From a virus (lineage: Duplodnaviria; Caudoviricetes): 62,963 nt of DNA. The notes under the pieces were generated by a model. It was not told the DNA's origin. It saw only the letters and a program-made list of their open reading frames with translations, and made no database searches. The stretch covers positions 1 to 62,963 of the IMG/VR virus record IMGVR_UViG_3300042199_000105; one strand, written 5' to 3'. The first letter of the stretch is position 1. Every line of letters begins with the position of its first letter. This document shows, one piece after another, positions 41,078-50,631 of this stretch. Both the position numbers and the translations under genes were made by a program.

Positions 41078-42705
41078 TACTCTTCCTCTACTTCAGTAGG
41101 TAAAGGCTTCTTTCCTTTTACTGGTTTTTTTGTTTTAGTTGGCATTGTTTCTTCTGGTGCTTCTTCTTGTTCTTGATCTACACCTAGTTCAGCAGCAAGT
41201 TCACCAACAACTTTTTCTAATTCAGTTAAATCACCTAAAATTTCTTCCTGCGATCTTTGTGGTGCTAATTCTGGTTCTTCCTCTGGAGCGGGAGGCATTT
41301 TATTCATGGCAGGAGGTTGCTGCATAGGAACTTCCTGTGGAGCTTCTTCTTCTGGAGCTAAAGCTTCGTCAGAAGGGTACTGTTGATCCATAGCTTTTTG
41401 CTTTAGAGTCATTATAAGGTCTTGAATATCAATTAGATCTTTGGCAACTCTTTTAAAATTTACTTTAGGAAGACCTTCCTCTGCTTCAGACAAAATCTTA
41501 TCATATCCAGAGGATACAAAGAGTTCCATTAAGTAATCATTAACATCAATGCACTCTACTCCAGACTTACTCTTTAAGCTCTTAGCCATTTCTGATAAAG
41601 TTTGCTTTAGTACAGAACCCTTAGGGCAAAGTCTTGATAGTGCTTCAAAAATTACAACGTGAGTATTTGCCAAACTCTTAAAAGATGCTGGATTTTGTAG
41701 ATTTTGAATATCGACACCATACTTTTCATTTATGGTAGTGATAAACATTTCTTTTACATCTTTCTTATATTCAAATATTCTAGAAGCATACTCTTGAATA
41801 TCTTTTTCTGATACACCTATTCCATCTGCTTGAGCTAGACAGTTTGAGAAAGTTTCAAATAGAGTGTTTTTTGAAACTAAAGCTAGATAAGGAACTTGTT
41901 GTAAAGCTTCTGATAAGGCTTCAACTACAGCCTCATCTTTTTCAAATATCATACTAGCTAGTTTTCTAATTGAAGAGTTATTTGCCCAAATGGTTTCAAA
42001 GCTCTTCTTTGATTCTAGTAGTTCTCTTTTAACCAACTCTTGTCTACAAATCATTTCATAGATTGAGGGTGTAACACCGTTCTTAAGAACATAAGTTTTA
42101 TTACTTTCTAATTCTTCTAGAGTTAATTTAGGAAGATCAAAAGCTTTGGATACTGCATTTGAAAGGTTAACAGCATTTCTAATCTCTGGAACTCGAATTA
42201 TTTTTTCTATGTTTTCTTTTAAGAACTTTTGAAGTTGAGGTGTAATCTCTAAAAGATTATTAAATTCTTTAGATTCTATAATCTGTTCAACCTTAGCAAG
42301 CTTTTCATTTTGTTCGTTTATTTTCTTTCTAACTGAAGAGATCTTTAGTCTGTTTTCCCATAAAGATAAAACATCGCTAAATGACATATCAGCAGAAGCG
42401 TATTCTCCATAATGAATGCTTTCAACAAAAGAGTGTATCTTATTGTTTACAAAGGTATCAAACTCTTTTTCATCATCAAAAATAGATGAGTCTTGAATTT
42501 TTATATTTTTTAATGTTACATCCTCACTAATTTCATACTTTCCACTAATAACTTTACCGCTCTTAGTTATATATGAAACTTGTGAAGACATACCATCTAT
42601 AGAAAATAAGCTTACATTTTCTCTTAAAGATCTGCCAATGCTATCACCTAACTTTACTAGGTGTGTAATCGTTTTGTTTCTTTCCTCAAAAATATTTGAA
42701 AACAT
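41077..42705 (-). CDS. Hypothetical head-assembly protein (helical, acidic tail)
   Basis: 542 aa directly downstream of portal; GGAG RBS. Confidence 0.6.
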   Translation of the reverse strand: MFSNIFEERNKTITHLVKLGDSIGRSLRENVSLFSIDGMSSQVSYITKSGKVISGKYEISEDVTLKNIKIQDSSIFDDEKEFDTFVNNKIHSFVESIHYGEYASADMSFSDVLSLWENRLKISSVRKKINEQNEKLAKVEQIIESKEFNNLLEITPQLQKFLKENIEKIIRVPEIRNAVNLSNAVSKAFDLPKLTLEELESNKTYVLKNGVTPSIYEMICRQELVKRELLESKKSFETIWANNSSIRKLASMIFEKDEAVVEALSEALQQVPYLALVSKNTLFETFSNCLAQADGIGVSEKDIQEYASRIFEYKKDVKEMFITTINEKYGVDIQNLQNPASFKSLANTHVVIFEALSRLCPKGSVLKQTLSEMAKSLKSKSGVECIDVNDYLMELFVSSGYDKILSEAEEGLPKVNFKRVAKDLIDIQDLIMTLKQKAMDQQYPSDEALAPEEEAPQEVPMQQPPAMNKMPPAPEEEPELAPQRSQEEILGDLTELEKVVGELAAELGVDQEQEEAPEETMPTKTKKPVKGKKPLPTEVEEE

Positions 42706-42725
42706 TTAAATCTCCGTAGGTTATA

Positions 42726-44564
42726 TTATATATGTTCCTTGATTAAAGACTCTTTAGTCTTATTCTTTTGTTTTTCTAAAATTCTTTCTAATACTAGTTT
42801 TGTATTAGCATCTTCATTAGAATTTATTAGATGATTAAAAGAGTGTTCTATCTGTTCATTGGCTGTAGGAGGTTTATTTTCTGCACCTTCTTGCCCACCA
42901 GCCTGACCATATCCTGGCTGCTTCATAGGTGGAGGTGCTCCAGCAGGTGCAGGTTGTCCAGGAATTGGAGCAGGACCTCCCATAGCCATCTGCTGTTGAG
43001 TTTGCATAGCTGCGGCTTCTTCCTGATCTTTCTTTACTTCTTCTTTCATTCTTCTAATTTCATCATCGGTCATATCATAATATTCTCTGTAGATTTGATC
43101 TTGAGAGAATATCATAAGACCCTTAACTGCCTGAACTACTCTAGCTTTTTGCTCATCAATATCAAGCTTTCTCTTAGCTGACATATCTGAGGGTTCGGGT
43201 AATTTGATTCTAAGTTTTTGAATTAAAGATGCAGGGAATCCCTTAAGTTGTAAATGGCGTTTAGCAACATTTTCTAACCCTGTTTCTATATCAATCTGAA
43301 TACGTTGAATAGTTCTTGCAAACTTAACGTCTAATTGAGAAAGGTTAGCTTTGCGTTCAGGTGATTGATCTTTTTCTACAATATAATCTTTTGGAATCTT
43401 AAGAGCAGCTAATAACTTATCTCTATAGTATTTTACGTCTTCAATCTCACCTAAGTTCTGTGCTCCAGGAAGTGTATCAATTTTTGTACCCTTACCATTC
43501 TTTGTAGGAACAAAGTAATCTTCATCCATTGTCATTGGATTGAATCTAGAATCTACAGTATCTCTTGCGTTATTGTAAAATCTTTCCTTTTTAAATTTTT
43601 GCTTTAGACGTTCAATAAACATCTCAGCCTTACTTGTTGGTAAGTTACCAGTATCAACATAGAAAATGCGTCTCTCAGGTGCTCTGGTTAAACGATAAAT
43701 CATCATGGCTTCTTCCATCATTCTTAATGATCTAAAAGTTCTATGGCACATCGAGGCTACTGATTTACCGTAAGGATAGAATACAGGATCTGATGTATGT
43801 AATCTAAAGTGAACTATTTGGTGTTTATCAAGTTCAATATATCTAACTGGTCTATGTTGAGCTGATTGACCCATTTCTGCATATTGCATACTTTCAGCAT
43901 TTGGTATTTCTTGTAAGAACTTCTTTAAATAACCAAATTCATTCTCTACTCTGAGAACCCAGTTAGGATTTAAAATCTTTAATTTCTTTATACCTTCTTT
44001 AGGATTATCTAAATCTACAATTAATTCTATAAAGCAATCTCCATACTTTACAGTATTTCTTGTAATATCCCAAATTAACTTATCTAGATTTATATTTAGG
44101 AATAGATTCTCAATCTCATTAACAACCATATCGTTGTCAGATTTTACAGTCCAACGCTCTGCTCTTGTTCCTTTTTGAGTTGAGTCATCTGCATAGATAT
44201 CGAAGGCTGATCCGATTTCTGGATACTCATCCATCTCTTCATAATCTTTGTATCGGCGTCTTCTATTAAGTTCTAACTCAGGTAATATGGGATTTCTAGA
44301 AATACCACCAAGAGCAGGAGCATCATCAACAGTTTCTGTTCTAATTATTTGAGTTGGATTGGTTATAACAGTGTCACCTGTATGAGGTGTAACCATTCCA
44401 CGATCTATAGCCTGTTGTACAGGTATTTGAGCTTTTGTAGCGAAGAACTTAGCAAAGAATCTTCCTATTGGTCCTGTAGGAATAAAATAGGAACCTGATC
44501 TATTCTCAGTTCCTCCAAAGTTTGTGTATCCTTCGTTAAGTTTTTTATCTATCTCATCAGCCAT
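42726..44564 (-). CDS. gp20: Portal protein (T4 gp20-like)
   Basis: MMIYRLTRAPERRIFYVDTGNLP, EDYFVP, IDTLPGAQNLGEIEDVKY motifs. Confidence 0.97.
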   Translation of the reverse strand: MADEIDKKLNEGYTNFGGTENRSGSYFIPTGPIGRFFAKFFATKAQIPVQQAIDRGMVTPHTGDTVITNPTQIIRTETVDDAPALGGISRNPILPELELNRRRRYKDYEEMDEYPEIGSAFDIYADDSTQKGTRAERWTVKSDNDMVVNEIENLFLNINLDKLIWDITRNTVKYGDCFIELIVDLDNPKEGIKKLKILNPNWVLRVENEFGYLKKFLQEIPNAESMQYAEMGQSAQHRPVRYIELDKHQIVHFRLHTSDPVFYPYGKSVASMCHRTFRSLRMMEEAMMIYRLTRAPERRIFYVDTGNLPTSKAEMFIERLKQKFKKERFYNNARDTVDSRFNPMTMDEDYFVPTKNGKGTKIDTLPGAQNLGEIEDVKYYRDKLLAALKIPKDYIVEKDQSPERKANLSQLDVKFARTIQRIQIDIETGLENVAKRHLQLKGFPASLIQKLRIKLPEPSDMSAKRKLDIDEQKARVVQAVKGLMIFSQDQIYREYYDMTDDEIRRMKEEVKKDQEEAAAMQTQQQMAMGGPAPIPGQPAPAGAPPPMKQPGYGQAGGQEGAENKPPTANEQIEHSFNHLINSNEDANTKLVLERILEKQKNKTKESLIKEHI

Positions 44565-46108
44565 TTAAAATCATCCTCGGACATTTGCTGTGCTACTCTA
44601 TTGCCTGTTTTTGGATCAATATGGTGTTTAAAACCCATAGCTGGCATTGGAGGTTTTTCTTCTATACCAGTCTTAGTTAAAAACTCCATAGGAGTTGTAT
44701 CTAGTATTTGTTTATAAACGTGAACAGCTAAAGCCATACTCATAATTAGGTCATCATGGTGATTCTTTTCAGCTTCAACTTTTCCGTTTTCAGTTATTAT
44801 AAATGTAGTAAGTTCATTAGCAGTTCTTGCAGAGTTAATTTTAATTAAGTTAGTTCTTATAGCTTCTTCTAGTTCAGCAAGAATAGTTTCTCTATTCTTA
44901 GCAGTTACTAGGAATCCAAAGTCGCCTTTTTCATCAGCCCAAAGATTTTCGTATTCGTAGTTATTATAGAGCCAGTCAATTAAATTATTTCCTATAGTAT
45001 TGCGTTCACAAACTATAGGAGCTACATTATATAGCATACCTTCATTCATTAAAATTTTAGCAAAATCATTTATTGCTGTTCTATTTGAATAAAACTCAGC
45101 TACCTGTTGTCCATTATACATATTAATAATATGGAAAGCAGAATAATCTCGATCTCTACCTAAAGATACATCGCACGCAATAACATAAGAATAGTGAGGT
45201 TGAGGATCTTGCCAAACTCTCATTCTATTGTTATACTTAGTATAATAATCTTCACTAGTTTGAGCCACTACTTGTTTTAAGATCTCACCCTCAATGTAAG
45301 TATCGCCTGTGCCTAAGAATGAACATTCATATTCTTGCAACCACTGTTTGGTTGGCATATTAGCTTTAGTGGTTTCTTCCCACTTATTAATATCCAACCC
45401 TTTTTTAGTCATCTCTTCGTAGAGATTTGAAAAGTTAGGGTTATACCGATACTCAGGGTGCTCTTGCCATTTGATATCAATTGCATTAAACGCATTCTGC
45501 TTGCTTATGGCATTCTGATATACTTCGTGATACCAATTACCTACGCCATTAACTGTAGAAAGAACAAAGGCTCGACCACCTGTTGAAATGATAGGATAAA
45601 CTGCTGCCCAAATAGTATCAATGTTTTCAATGAACGCAGCTTCGTCAATAATAAGTAAAGATCCTGCAAGTGAACGACCTGATTGTTTACCTGAGGGTCT
45701 AGACTTAATTACCGAATTAGTTTTAAGCTTGAGTGTGTGTTTGTTATCTTCGATTATTCCTGGTTTTAGGAATTCTGGAAGCTCGTCGTACATAAGTTTA
45801 ATTCTATCAAGTACTTCGGTCGATTCTGCGTCGCCTTTTGATAGAATTACAATAGACTTATGCTTTTGGAAGATTGCCATCCACAAAGAATAAGCAGCGG
45901 CGATAGTAGTGCATCCAGCCTGTCTAAACTTCCTAAGGATATTAAATCTATAACCTTGAAGTTCTTGAATAATACGTTCTTGGAATGGATATAACTTAAA
46001 TGGAACCAAACCTCTAACAGGGTGTGTAACTTTTATGTAGGTTGAGATAAAATGTACAGGGTCAACCGAACATCGCTTAAATTCTTCTAATAATTTTTGG
46101 TTTTCCAT
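44549..46108 (-). CDS. terL: Terminase large subunit (T4 gp17-like)
   Basis: LYPFQ, KFRQAGCTT Walker A, LIIDEAAF Walker B, STVNG, DVSLG...DYSA and HDDLIM nuclease motifs. Confidence 0.97.
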   Translation of the reverse strand: MENQKLLEEFKRCSVDPVHFISTYIKVTHPVRGLVPFKLYPFQERIIQELQGYRFNILRKFRQAGCTTIAAAYSLWMAIFQKHKSIVILSKGDAESTEVLDRIKLMYDELPEFLKPGIIEDNKHTLKLKTNSVIKSRPSGKQSGRSLAGSLLIIDEAAFIENIDTIWAAVYPIISTGGRAFVLSTVNGVGNWYHEVYQNAISKQNAFNAIDIKWQEHPEYRYNPNFSNLYEEMTKKGLDINKWEETTKANMPTKQWLQEYECSFLGTGDTYIEGEILKQVVAQTSEDYYTKYNNRMRVWQDPQPHYSYVIACDVSLGRDRDYSAFHIINMYNGQQVAEFYSNRTAINDFAKILMNEGMLYNVAPIVCERNTIGNNLIDWLYNNYEYENLWADEKGDFGFLVTAKNRETILAELEEAIRTNLIKINSARTANELTTFIITENGKVEAEKNHHDDLIMSMALAVHVYKQILDTTPMEFLTKTGIEEKPPMPAMGFKHHIDPKTGNRVAQQMSEDDFKWLMR

Positions 46109-46142
46109 AAAAATTTTTCATTACACTACATTATTATAGTAT

Positions 46143-46835
46143 ATGAATATACACGCCATAATATGTACTAGAGATAGAAACAATATATCCAAGACTACGG
46201 ATAAATTACTTAGCTTCCTTACGGGATGTGGAATTAAAGTATATTTAATGTCGGGAGCTAAGTCTATTTTTGCTGCTTATAAGGGTGCATTTGAAAAAAT
46301 CAATCCAGCAGATGATGATGGTATTATTTTTTGTCACGATGACATAGAAATTCGTGATATTAAGGAAGAATTTGTAAAAAAGTTCCAAGATTTACTAAAT
46401 TTACCAGAAACAGGCTTCATCGGACCAGCAGGAACTACCTATTTAAGCGAAAATGCTGTTTGGTGGGACAAAGATATATGGGCAGCAGGTAAACATAGAG
46501 GCAAAGTTAGCCATATTAATCCTCAAGGACGCGAATATGTCACTTTTTATGGCCTTCCAGGCGATGTAGTAGTGCTAGATGGTGTATTTTTAGCAGCAAA
46601 AGCCAAAACTATCAGACAAGTTGGCCTAGATAAGCCAGATTACTTCGAGGGTGAGTGGGATTTTTACGATATTTACTTCACAACGAAGGCTTTTTCAATG
46701 GGATTCTCAAATAGAATCTTAAGTATGGATGTTTTACACAACTCTAGAGGTGAATTAGTAGGTCGAGAGTCGTGGCATAAGAACCGTGAAGCCTTTATTA
46801 AGCATCATGAGTTCCCAATCAAGCTCGAAGATTGA
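46143..46835 (+). CDS. Glycosyltransferase family 2-like protein
   Basis: SIFAAY, IFCHDD, VVLDGVFLA, WDFYD motifs. Confidence 0.82.
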   Translation: MNIHAIICTRDRNNISKTTDKLLSFLTGCGIKVYLMSGAKSIFAAYKGAFEKINPADDDGIIFCHDDIEIRDIKEEFVKKFQDLLNLPETGFIGPAGTTYLSENAVWWDKDIWAAGKHRGKVSHINPQGREYVTFYGLPGDVVVLDGVFLAAKAKTIRQVGLDKPDYFEGEWDFYDIYFTTKAFSMGFSNRILSMDVLHNSRGELVGRESWHKNREAFIKHHEFPIKLED

Positions 46836-47033
46836 TTATTTCTTCTTAGAAGACTTCTTAAGGACTGGAGGTTCCTCAATTTTTGGTTCTTCAACCACTA
46901 TTGGAGCCTGTTCAACCACAGGATCAGCTAATTCCTGATCAGAAATCTTCCAAGCTCTCTTCATTATTCGGTAGCGCGATGAAGTTGGTTTCATATTTTT
47001 AAGTTCTTGTATTCTTTGTTCTCTATTTAACAT
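46836..47033 (-). CDS. Small hypothetical protein
   Basis: 65 aa, AGGAG RBS, preceded by CCTAGATA late-promoter-like motif. Confidence 0.6.
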   Translation of the reverse strand: MLNREQRIQELKNMKPTSSRYRIMKRAWKISDQELADPVVEQAPIVVEEPKIEEPPVLKKSSKKK

Positions 47034-47073
47034 AAAATTATCTCCTAATTTATCATATCTAGGTCAGATTTCG

Positions 47074-47162
47074 ATTGGAGTCCCTTAATATTTTAATTGG
47101 AGTCCCTTAAAGTTAATGGATGTTAGCATCTATGGCTCCGTTAGCCCCCCGTTAGGAGTCCC
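47074..47162 (+). repeat. GGAGTCCC direct repeats at the AT-to-GC boundary
   Basis: ATTGGAGTCCCTTAA at 47074-47088 and 47096-47110; GGAGTCCC at 47155-47162. Confidence 0.85.
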
Positions 47163-47210
47163 ATCGACGCGATTTTTTCCGGCGAACGTGATAAAAAAAA
47201 CTTTTTTCGC

Positions 47211-47244
47211 TTGCTTTCGCTTGACCCTATGCTATAATGACCCC
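47211..47244 (+). promoter_or_regulatory. Sigma70-type promoter, leaderless
   Basis: TTGCTT-16-TATAAT with extended TG; ATG 6 nt downstream at 47245. Confidence 0.8.
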
Positions 47245-47421
47245 ATGAGCAACACGCACTACGCCGACTACACCTACTCCCCCGTGGAACGCTTCGAGAT
47301 CGCGGAGGGCGATAGCATCCGATGCCAAGGGTGCTACGATACGGGTATCACGGATGAGGCGCACTATTGCACCTGTGAGAATGGCAGGCTCGAAGCCAAG
47401 CGTGCAGAGGAGATGGCATGA
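47245..47421 (+). CDS. Small Cys-containing early protein
   Basis: MSNTHY...CQGC...CTC; leaderless start. Confidence 0.75.
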   Translation: MSNTHYADYTYSPVERFEIAEGDSIRCQGCYDTGITDEAHYCTCENGRLEAKRAEEMA

Positions 47422-47633
47422 GCGAGATCGAGTTTCGCAAGGGCGACATCCTATTGATTCGTGGAAGCACTTCCCCTAATAAGGGATTGCCCCCTATTGA
47501 TAAAACCCTCATAGCAGACGAGGATGGGTTTAGTGGCGGGTGGGATGTTTATGATGGGCACGATCCCGCTACGGGCGAGGAAGTTAGCTTCTACGGATGG
47601 AATGTCCGAGAGCGAGGCGTGCATCTGCCATAA
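47418..47633 (+). CDS. Hypothetical early protein
   Basis: GAGGAG RBS; stop codon TAA lies inside repeat 1. Confidence 0.75.
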   Translation: MSEIEFRKGDILLIRGSTSPNKGLPPIDKTLIADEDGFSGGWDVYDGHDPATGEEVSFYGWNVRERGVHLP

Positions 47634-47748
47634 TGGCAGGGCTGGCGGCTCGGTCGCCATAAGTCTAGTGCCCACAATAACTTAGAGCAACCTGAAAACT
47701 TTCCTAGTTTCCCCTTGCAATACTCCCAGAGTATGCTATAATGAGCGC
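47625..47748 (+). repeat. Promoter-cassette module 1 (divergent copy)
   Basis: CTGCCATAATGGCAG; TAAGT-N15-ACTTA; TTGCAA-16-TATAAT; ATG at 47749. Confidence 0.88.
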
Positions 47749-47988
47749 ATGAAGAACATCATCATCAACATCGCGGGTGCGGTTATCATTCTCGGTTTTG
47801 TCGCGTCAGCTTGGTGGGCTGGTTACGCTGCGGGATCCTCTGACGCGGAGATTGATCGCGCGGAAGTGCGCCACCACACTCTTGAAGGTCGCATCGTCAA
47901 GGTTATCATGCGCGACGGTACGACGATCTGGATCGACGCGAACGAACCGCGTGACCACTCGATCCCCTTCATGCGCCAGAGCGACTGA
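47749..47988 (+). CDS. Small membrane-anchored protein
   Basis: N-terminal hydrophobic helix; leaderless ATG. Confidence 0.75.
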   Translation: MKNIIINIAGAVIILGFVASAWWAGYAAGSSDAEIDRAEVRHHTLEGRIVKVIMRDGTTIWIDANEPRDHSIPFMRQSD

Positions 47989-48027
47989 GCTGTGGATGAA
48001 GCGACCCTGGCTTGAAAGGGCTTTGAT

Positions 48028-48148
48028 CTGCCATAATGGCAGCGCAGCCGCCCGCGCGTGCGTAACCCTAGTGCCAGCAAACACTTAGGACGAAAAGATT
48101 TTGCCAGAAAGCCCTTGCATTCTAGCCTAGATGTGGTATAATGACCCC
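48028..48148 (+). repeat. Promoter-cassette module 2
   Basis: CTGCCATAATGGCAGCGCAGCCGCCCGCGCG...TTGCAT...TGGTATAAT; ATG at 48149. Confidence 0.95.
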
Positions 48149-48370
48149 ATGAGCAACAAGACACGCTACACGGTTTTCATCGGAAACTACCGCACGGAAC
48201 AGACGGTCAAGACCTTCCCGCAGGAACAGTATGAGCGCGCCAAGGCTTACGCCAGCAGGATCGCGGAAGGCTATTCTGCCTGCTTGTACGATGAAACGCA
48301 GACCGCTTGCGATCATTGGTGGAGCGAGGATTCGGGGGTTTATGTTGAAGTCCGCTCGGAGGCGTGCTAG
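48149..48370 (+). CDS. Hypothetical early protein
   Basis: MSNKTRY...; leaderless ATG after module 2. Confidence 0.78.
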   Translation: MSNKTRYTVFIGNYRTEQTVKTFPQEQYERAKAYASRIAEGYSACLYDETQTACDHWWSEDSGVYVEVRSEAC

Positions 48371-48451
48371 AATGAGCCGCATGAAGCAGTTCAAGGATCG
48401 TGCCACCTTCTGTTTCTTCCTCTTCCTCTTCAGCCTTACTTTCTTCATCTG

Positions 48452-48628
48452 ATGAAACTCATTTGCCCTTTTTGCGACGGGGATGATCTAGCGCAGGAAG
48501 TTACTTTCCTGATTGATCCTAACTCTCTCAAGAATGTTTACGAAATCTACCCCGCTGAACTGACGTTTCAGGATTTTTTCTGGTGCAATAGTTGCGACGA
48601 AGAAATCAACCCTAAGGAGATCGAATGA
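48452..48628 (+). CDS. Small Zn-finger protein (58 aa, absent from ORF track)
   Basis: MKLICPFCDG...FWCNSCDEEINPKEIE*, overlaps the next ATG. Confidence 0.72.
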   Translation: MKLICPFCDGDDLAQEVTFLIDPNSLKNVYEIYPAELTFQDFFWCNSCDEEINPKEIE

Positions 48629-48825
48629 AGATTCACAAGTCCGTTACGATTGAACGTATTCTCGACGCGGTTGAGAATGATGAGATGCTCGGAATCTGCG
48701 CTAGTTGCGGCGAGGATTATGAGTCCAATGTTGAACCCGATGCCCGCAGGATTGAATGCGGCGAATGCGGCGAGTGTGCCGTGTACGGTGCGGAGGAACT
48801 TCTCATTATGACGGGGGCTTTCTAA
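48625..48825 (+). CDS. Small Zn-ribbon protein
   Basis: CASC...VEPDA...CGEC; AAGGAG RBS. Confidence 0.8.
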   Translation: MKIHKSVTIERILDAVENDEMLGICASCGEDYESNVEPDARRIECGECGECAVYGAEELLIMTGAF

Positions 48826-48827
48826 GC

Positions 48828-48948
48828 CTGCCATAATGGCAGCGCAGCCGCCCGCGCGGCCCTAAGTGCAGTAGTGGCAAAGACTTAGGACGAAAAGATT
48901 TTCCCCTTTTCCTATTGCTTTCCCTTGCGGTTATAGTATAATGAGCGC
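48828..48948 (+). repeat. Promoter-cassette module 3
   Basis: Dyad; CCTAAGT-N15-ACTTAGG; TTGCTT-16-TATAAT; ATG at 48949. Confidence 0.95.
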
Positions 48949-49278
48949 ATGAACACGGAAGCCCAAAAGATCTACGACATCATCTCGAACTTCATCAACA
49001 ATCAGGAAGTGCCCCTGAGCAGCACGGATAGCATTCCCGAGAACGAGAAGGCTGTGATCCTCACGATGGAAGATCACGGCACGGGGTGGAAGTGGAAGGT
49101 GTACGAAGGGCAAGTCACGAAGTACCCCGACGGCGAGACCACTTGCACGATGTTCGGTCGTGTGGACGGTTTCGAGTCCGAGCTTGGCTACTTCGATTTG
49201 CAAGAAATCATTGAAGCCACGATTCAGCCCTCGGGGTTCTCCTCTCTGTTCTTCAATGGTCGCACTATGGGAGCCTGA
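48949..49278 (+). CDS. DUF2958-like protein
   Basis: W.W...E...FGRVDGFESELGYFDL motif. Confidence 0.65.
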   Translation: MNTEAQKIYDIISNFINNQEVPLSSTDSIPENEKAVILTMEDHGTGWKWKVYEGQVTKYPDGETTCTMFGRVDGFESELGYFDLQEIIEATIQPSGFSSLFFNGRTMGA

Positions 49279-49282
49279 AATA

Positions 49283-49447
49283 ATGTCCAAGAAGAAGATG
49301 CCCACCTTTAGATTGTTTCGTGACGGTGAGTTGATTATGACGGGCACAGAGTTTCAACTCATGCGCTATGTTCATTCCAAACACTCTTTCTCGTTCGATC
49401 ACGCTCTCAAGTACGAGGGCTATAGTTGGGAGCAAGTCCTGCCATAA
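49283..49447 (+). CDS. Hypothetical early protein
   Basis: MSKKKMPTF...QVLP*; stop codon lies inside repeat 4. Confidence 0.7.
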   Translation: MSKKKMPTFRLFRDGELIMTGTEFQLMRYVHSKHSFSFDHALKYEGYSWEQVLP

Positions 49448-49558
49448 TGGCAGCGCAGCCGCCCGCGCGGCCCTAAGTGCAGTAGTGGCAAGCACTTACG
49501 GCAAAAGATTTTCCCCTTTTCCCCTTGCTTTCCCTTGCGGTTAGGGTACAATGAGCGC
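49439..49558 (+). repeat. Promoter-cassette module 4
   Basis: Dyad; TAAGTGC...GCACTTA; TTGCTT-16-TACAAT; ATG at 49559. Confidence 0.95.
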
Positions 49559-49768
49559 ATGAAGAAAACGAATGACTACGAAATGACCTTCGAGCAGTTT
49601 TCGGAAGCCCTCTCTAAGCGTTGCATCCCGCAGGATCGCCACGAAGAATACTTCGAGGATGGCTATAGCGTTAGCGACGCTTGGGATGATTGGGAGTGGC
49701 AAAAGCAAGTGGATGAATACGCTCAAGCCCTCGCGGATCGTAACTCCGCAATCCTCGCACAAGCCTGA
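49559..49768 (+). CDS. Acidic hypothetical early protein
   Basis: MKKTNDYE...; leaderless ATG. Confidence 0.78.
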   Translation: MKKTNDYEMTFEQFSEALSKRCIPQDRHEEYFEDGYSVSDAWDDWEWQKQVDEYAQALADRNSAILAQA

Positions 49769-49779
49769 AAGGTTAGCAC

Positions 49780-49995
49780 ATGATTATCAACCGAGTATCC
49801 CCGTTCACGGGCAAGGTCAACACGATGAATCTTCCCATCACGGAAGAGCAGATCGCACGTTGGAAGCGTGGTGCTTACGCGCAAGACGTTTGGCCCGATC
49901 TCACCCCTTCGCAGCGTGAGTTCCTTATCTCGGGATCTACCGAAGAGGATTGGGAAACCTACATTACGGGAGCGTTTGAGGAGGAGGATGATTGA
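49780..49995 (+). CDS. Phage hypothetical protein
   Basis: 71 aa; SPFTGKVNTM...QDVWPDLTPSQREFLISG; AAGG RBS. Confidence 0.78.
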   Translation: MIINRVSPFTGKVNTMNLPITEEQIARWKRGAYAQDVWPDLTPSQREFLISGSTEEDWETYITGAFEEEDD

Positions 49996-50009
49996 GCTTT
50001 GACTTTTCC

Positions 50010-50131
50010 CTGTCATAATGGCAGCGCAGCCGCCCGCGCGGCACTAAGTCTAGTAGCCACAAGCACTTACGCTCAAAAGATTTTCCCCAAGAGGGTTTGA
50101 CTTTTCCCTAGAGTATAGTATAATATACCCC
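50010..50131 (+). repeat. Promoter-cassette module 5
   Basis: CTGTCATAATGGCAG variant; TTGACT-16-TATAAT; ATG at 50132. Confidence 0.93.
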
Positions 50132-50353
50132 ATGAACATCAAAACGCACTACGTCGTGTACCTCGAAACGCCCCACAAGACCCCCAGTTACGGTCGGCAG
50201 GTGATTGATACGACCAATCCCCGCGATGCCATGATCGTGTTCCAGACTCTTGCCAAGTATTACGATTGCAAGAAGGAGTACGGACCTTCTGGCCGACAGA
50301 ATGAGAACGGTGATACGATGATTTTCATCAACGCTGTCGCTCACCTTAGCTGA
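50132..50353 (+). CDS. Hypothetical early protein
   Basis: 73 aa, leaderless ATG. Confidence 0.78.
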   Translation: MNIKTHYVVYLETPHKTPSYGRQVIDTTNPRDAMIVFQTLAKYYDCKKEYGPSGRQNENGDTMIFINAVAHLS

Positions 50354-50364
50354 GGAGAAATCAC

Positions 50365-50538
50365 TTGAACGAGTTTGATGAGGACATGATTCAGGATGCG
50401 ATCAACGAAGCCCTTCGGACCCTTCTCAAGAACGGTCACGTTTCTTCGGGACTCAATGAAAGCGGCGAAATCGTTTTCTGGTGTTCGGACGAGGACTGGG
50501 CGAAATACAATCAGGAGAAGCACATTTACGAACTCTAA
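50365..50538 (+). CDS. Acidic 57-aa protein (absent from ORF track)
   Basis: GAGGAG RBS then TTG; MNEFDEDMIQDAINEALR...HIYEL*. Confidence 0.65.
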   Translation: MNEFDEDMIQDAINEALRTLLKNGHVSSGLNESGEIVFWCSDEDWAKYNQEKHIYEL

Positions 50539-50631
50539 GGAGTTCGGAGAAGGAATGTTCGACGGACAAGAAAGTATGTTGATAAAGGTTTTCGCCTATT
50601 ATCTCATTTTCTTTCTTGTCTGTTGGGTTTT

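Noticed and set aside
2118-45893. Short antisense or off-frame ORFs inside structural genes (e.g. 2118, 5928, 11522, 17206, 26435, 42831, 45621)
   Set aside because: Fully nested in well-supported genes, with no RBS or recognisable motifs
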